From a virus (lineage: Duplodnaviria; Heunggongvirae; Uroviricota; Caudoviricetes): 64,000 nucleotides of DNA. This document shows positions 63,555 to 64,000 of this stretch, in pieces. The stretch's first letter is position 1. Each line of letters opens with the position of its first letter. Position numbers and translations under genes: made by a program. The DNA is taken from positions 91,213-155,212 of the IMG/VR virus record IMGVR_UViG_3300005613_000005. One strand, given 5' to 3'. The notes beneath the pieces were generated by a model that worked only from the letters and a program-made list of their open reading frames with translations, searched no databases and had not been told where the DNA came from.

Positions 63555-64000
63555 TAAAACCTCACTCCCAAACCACCACCTACAGCAAACGAACTGTTAA
63601 AATTAGATTCAGTATGCAGATCTAAGAATATGGGACCAAAGATATCATAAGATACGTTACCGTAATAGTTCTTGTTAGACAGATATCCAATACCTAGACC
63701 AAACGACTTAGGATTTATGATCGTTATTTTTTCTTTCTCTAGTTTTTCTATGCGGGTTTTGTACTCTTGTTCTCGTTTGTCAAAATCTTTCTTCAATATC
63801 TCAACTCGCTTCTTATGTATGTCCTGCCACTTGTAAGCGATAGATTTTATCTTTGTATCGAACTCTTCCCTAATCTTAGTTACAATCTGAGTAGTTTCAC
63901 TCAGTTCAGATTCTTTGTATTGTCTTATTTCGATCGTACCATCTGGTTTAACGATCTTGTAGAACGTCTCTTTCTTCTTGGCGTTGAGCTCTTTAACTTG
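63554..64000 (-). CDS. Partial coiled-coil protein with C-terminal amphipathic beta-strands ending in Phe
   Basis: Frame is open from 64000 (QVKELNAKKK...) to GGGLGVRF*; the start lies outside the window. Confidence 0.7.
   Translation of the reverse strand, partial: QVKELNAKKKETFYKIVKPDGTIEIRQYKESELSETTQIVTKIREEFDTKIKSIAYKWQDIHKKRVEILKKDFDKREQEYKTRIEKLEKEKITIINPKSFGLGIGYLSNKNYYGNVSYDIFGPIFLDLHTESNFNSSFAVGGGLGVRF

Noticed and set aside
1-64000. Genome-wide stop-codon reassignment (TAG or TGA)
   Set aside because: Long core genes translate intact in code 11; the RNA ligase ends naturally at TAG and many genes end at TGA with ATGA overlaps; only one internal TAG was found
1-64000. tRNA genes, integrase or att sites
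   Set aside because: No cloverleaf with a GTTCGAnTC T-arm and no recombinase ORF were seen by eye; a tRNAscan-SE run is needed to be sure

Overview
A 64-kb segment of a large, apparently lytic dsDNA tailed phage; no integrase, tRNA or CRISPR array was seen. The head module (portal, intein-split terminase, prohead protease, scaffold, major capsid protein) resembles SPO1/K/A511-type and phiYS40-type myoviruses. Positions 1-8.5 kb (+ strand) carry small accessory and nucleotide-metabolism genes: a T4 gp42-like dCMP hydroxymethylase, a catalytically eroded ThyX, a UDG-like protein, a secreted SLT transglycosylase and a sigma-region-2-only protein. Positions 8.5-64 kb are almost all on the - strand. 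They hold fibre/decoration genes, a block of putative internal head proteins, RtcB and ChaN, the capsid/portal/terminase module, and a replication-recombination block (RNA ligase, SbcD, RecA, UvsY-like, SSB, DnaE, RuvC, SbcC). Five free-standing homing endonucleases are scattered through the window. The most striking observations are: (1) a head protein carrying an encapsulin-type ferritin (EncFtn/Flp) domain with intact ferroxidase residues between putative prohead-protease cut sites, with a ChaN haem-binding gene just downstream of the capsid gene; (2) sigma70 split across several genes, including a sigma2 domain in a ChaB-tagged head-region protein and a stand-alone sigma4 next to a Gre-like factor, in a genome using -10-only promoters and at least seven leaderless genes; (3) a possible modified-cytosine pathway with a ThyX pseudoenzyme; (4) a Gln-terminated terminase intein lacking both usual His residues; (5) two candidate structured ncRNAs. 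All family assignments are by eye from motifs; no searches were run.
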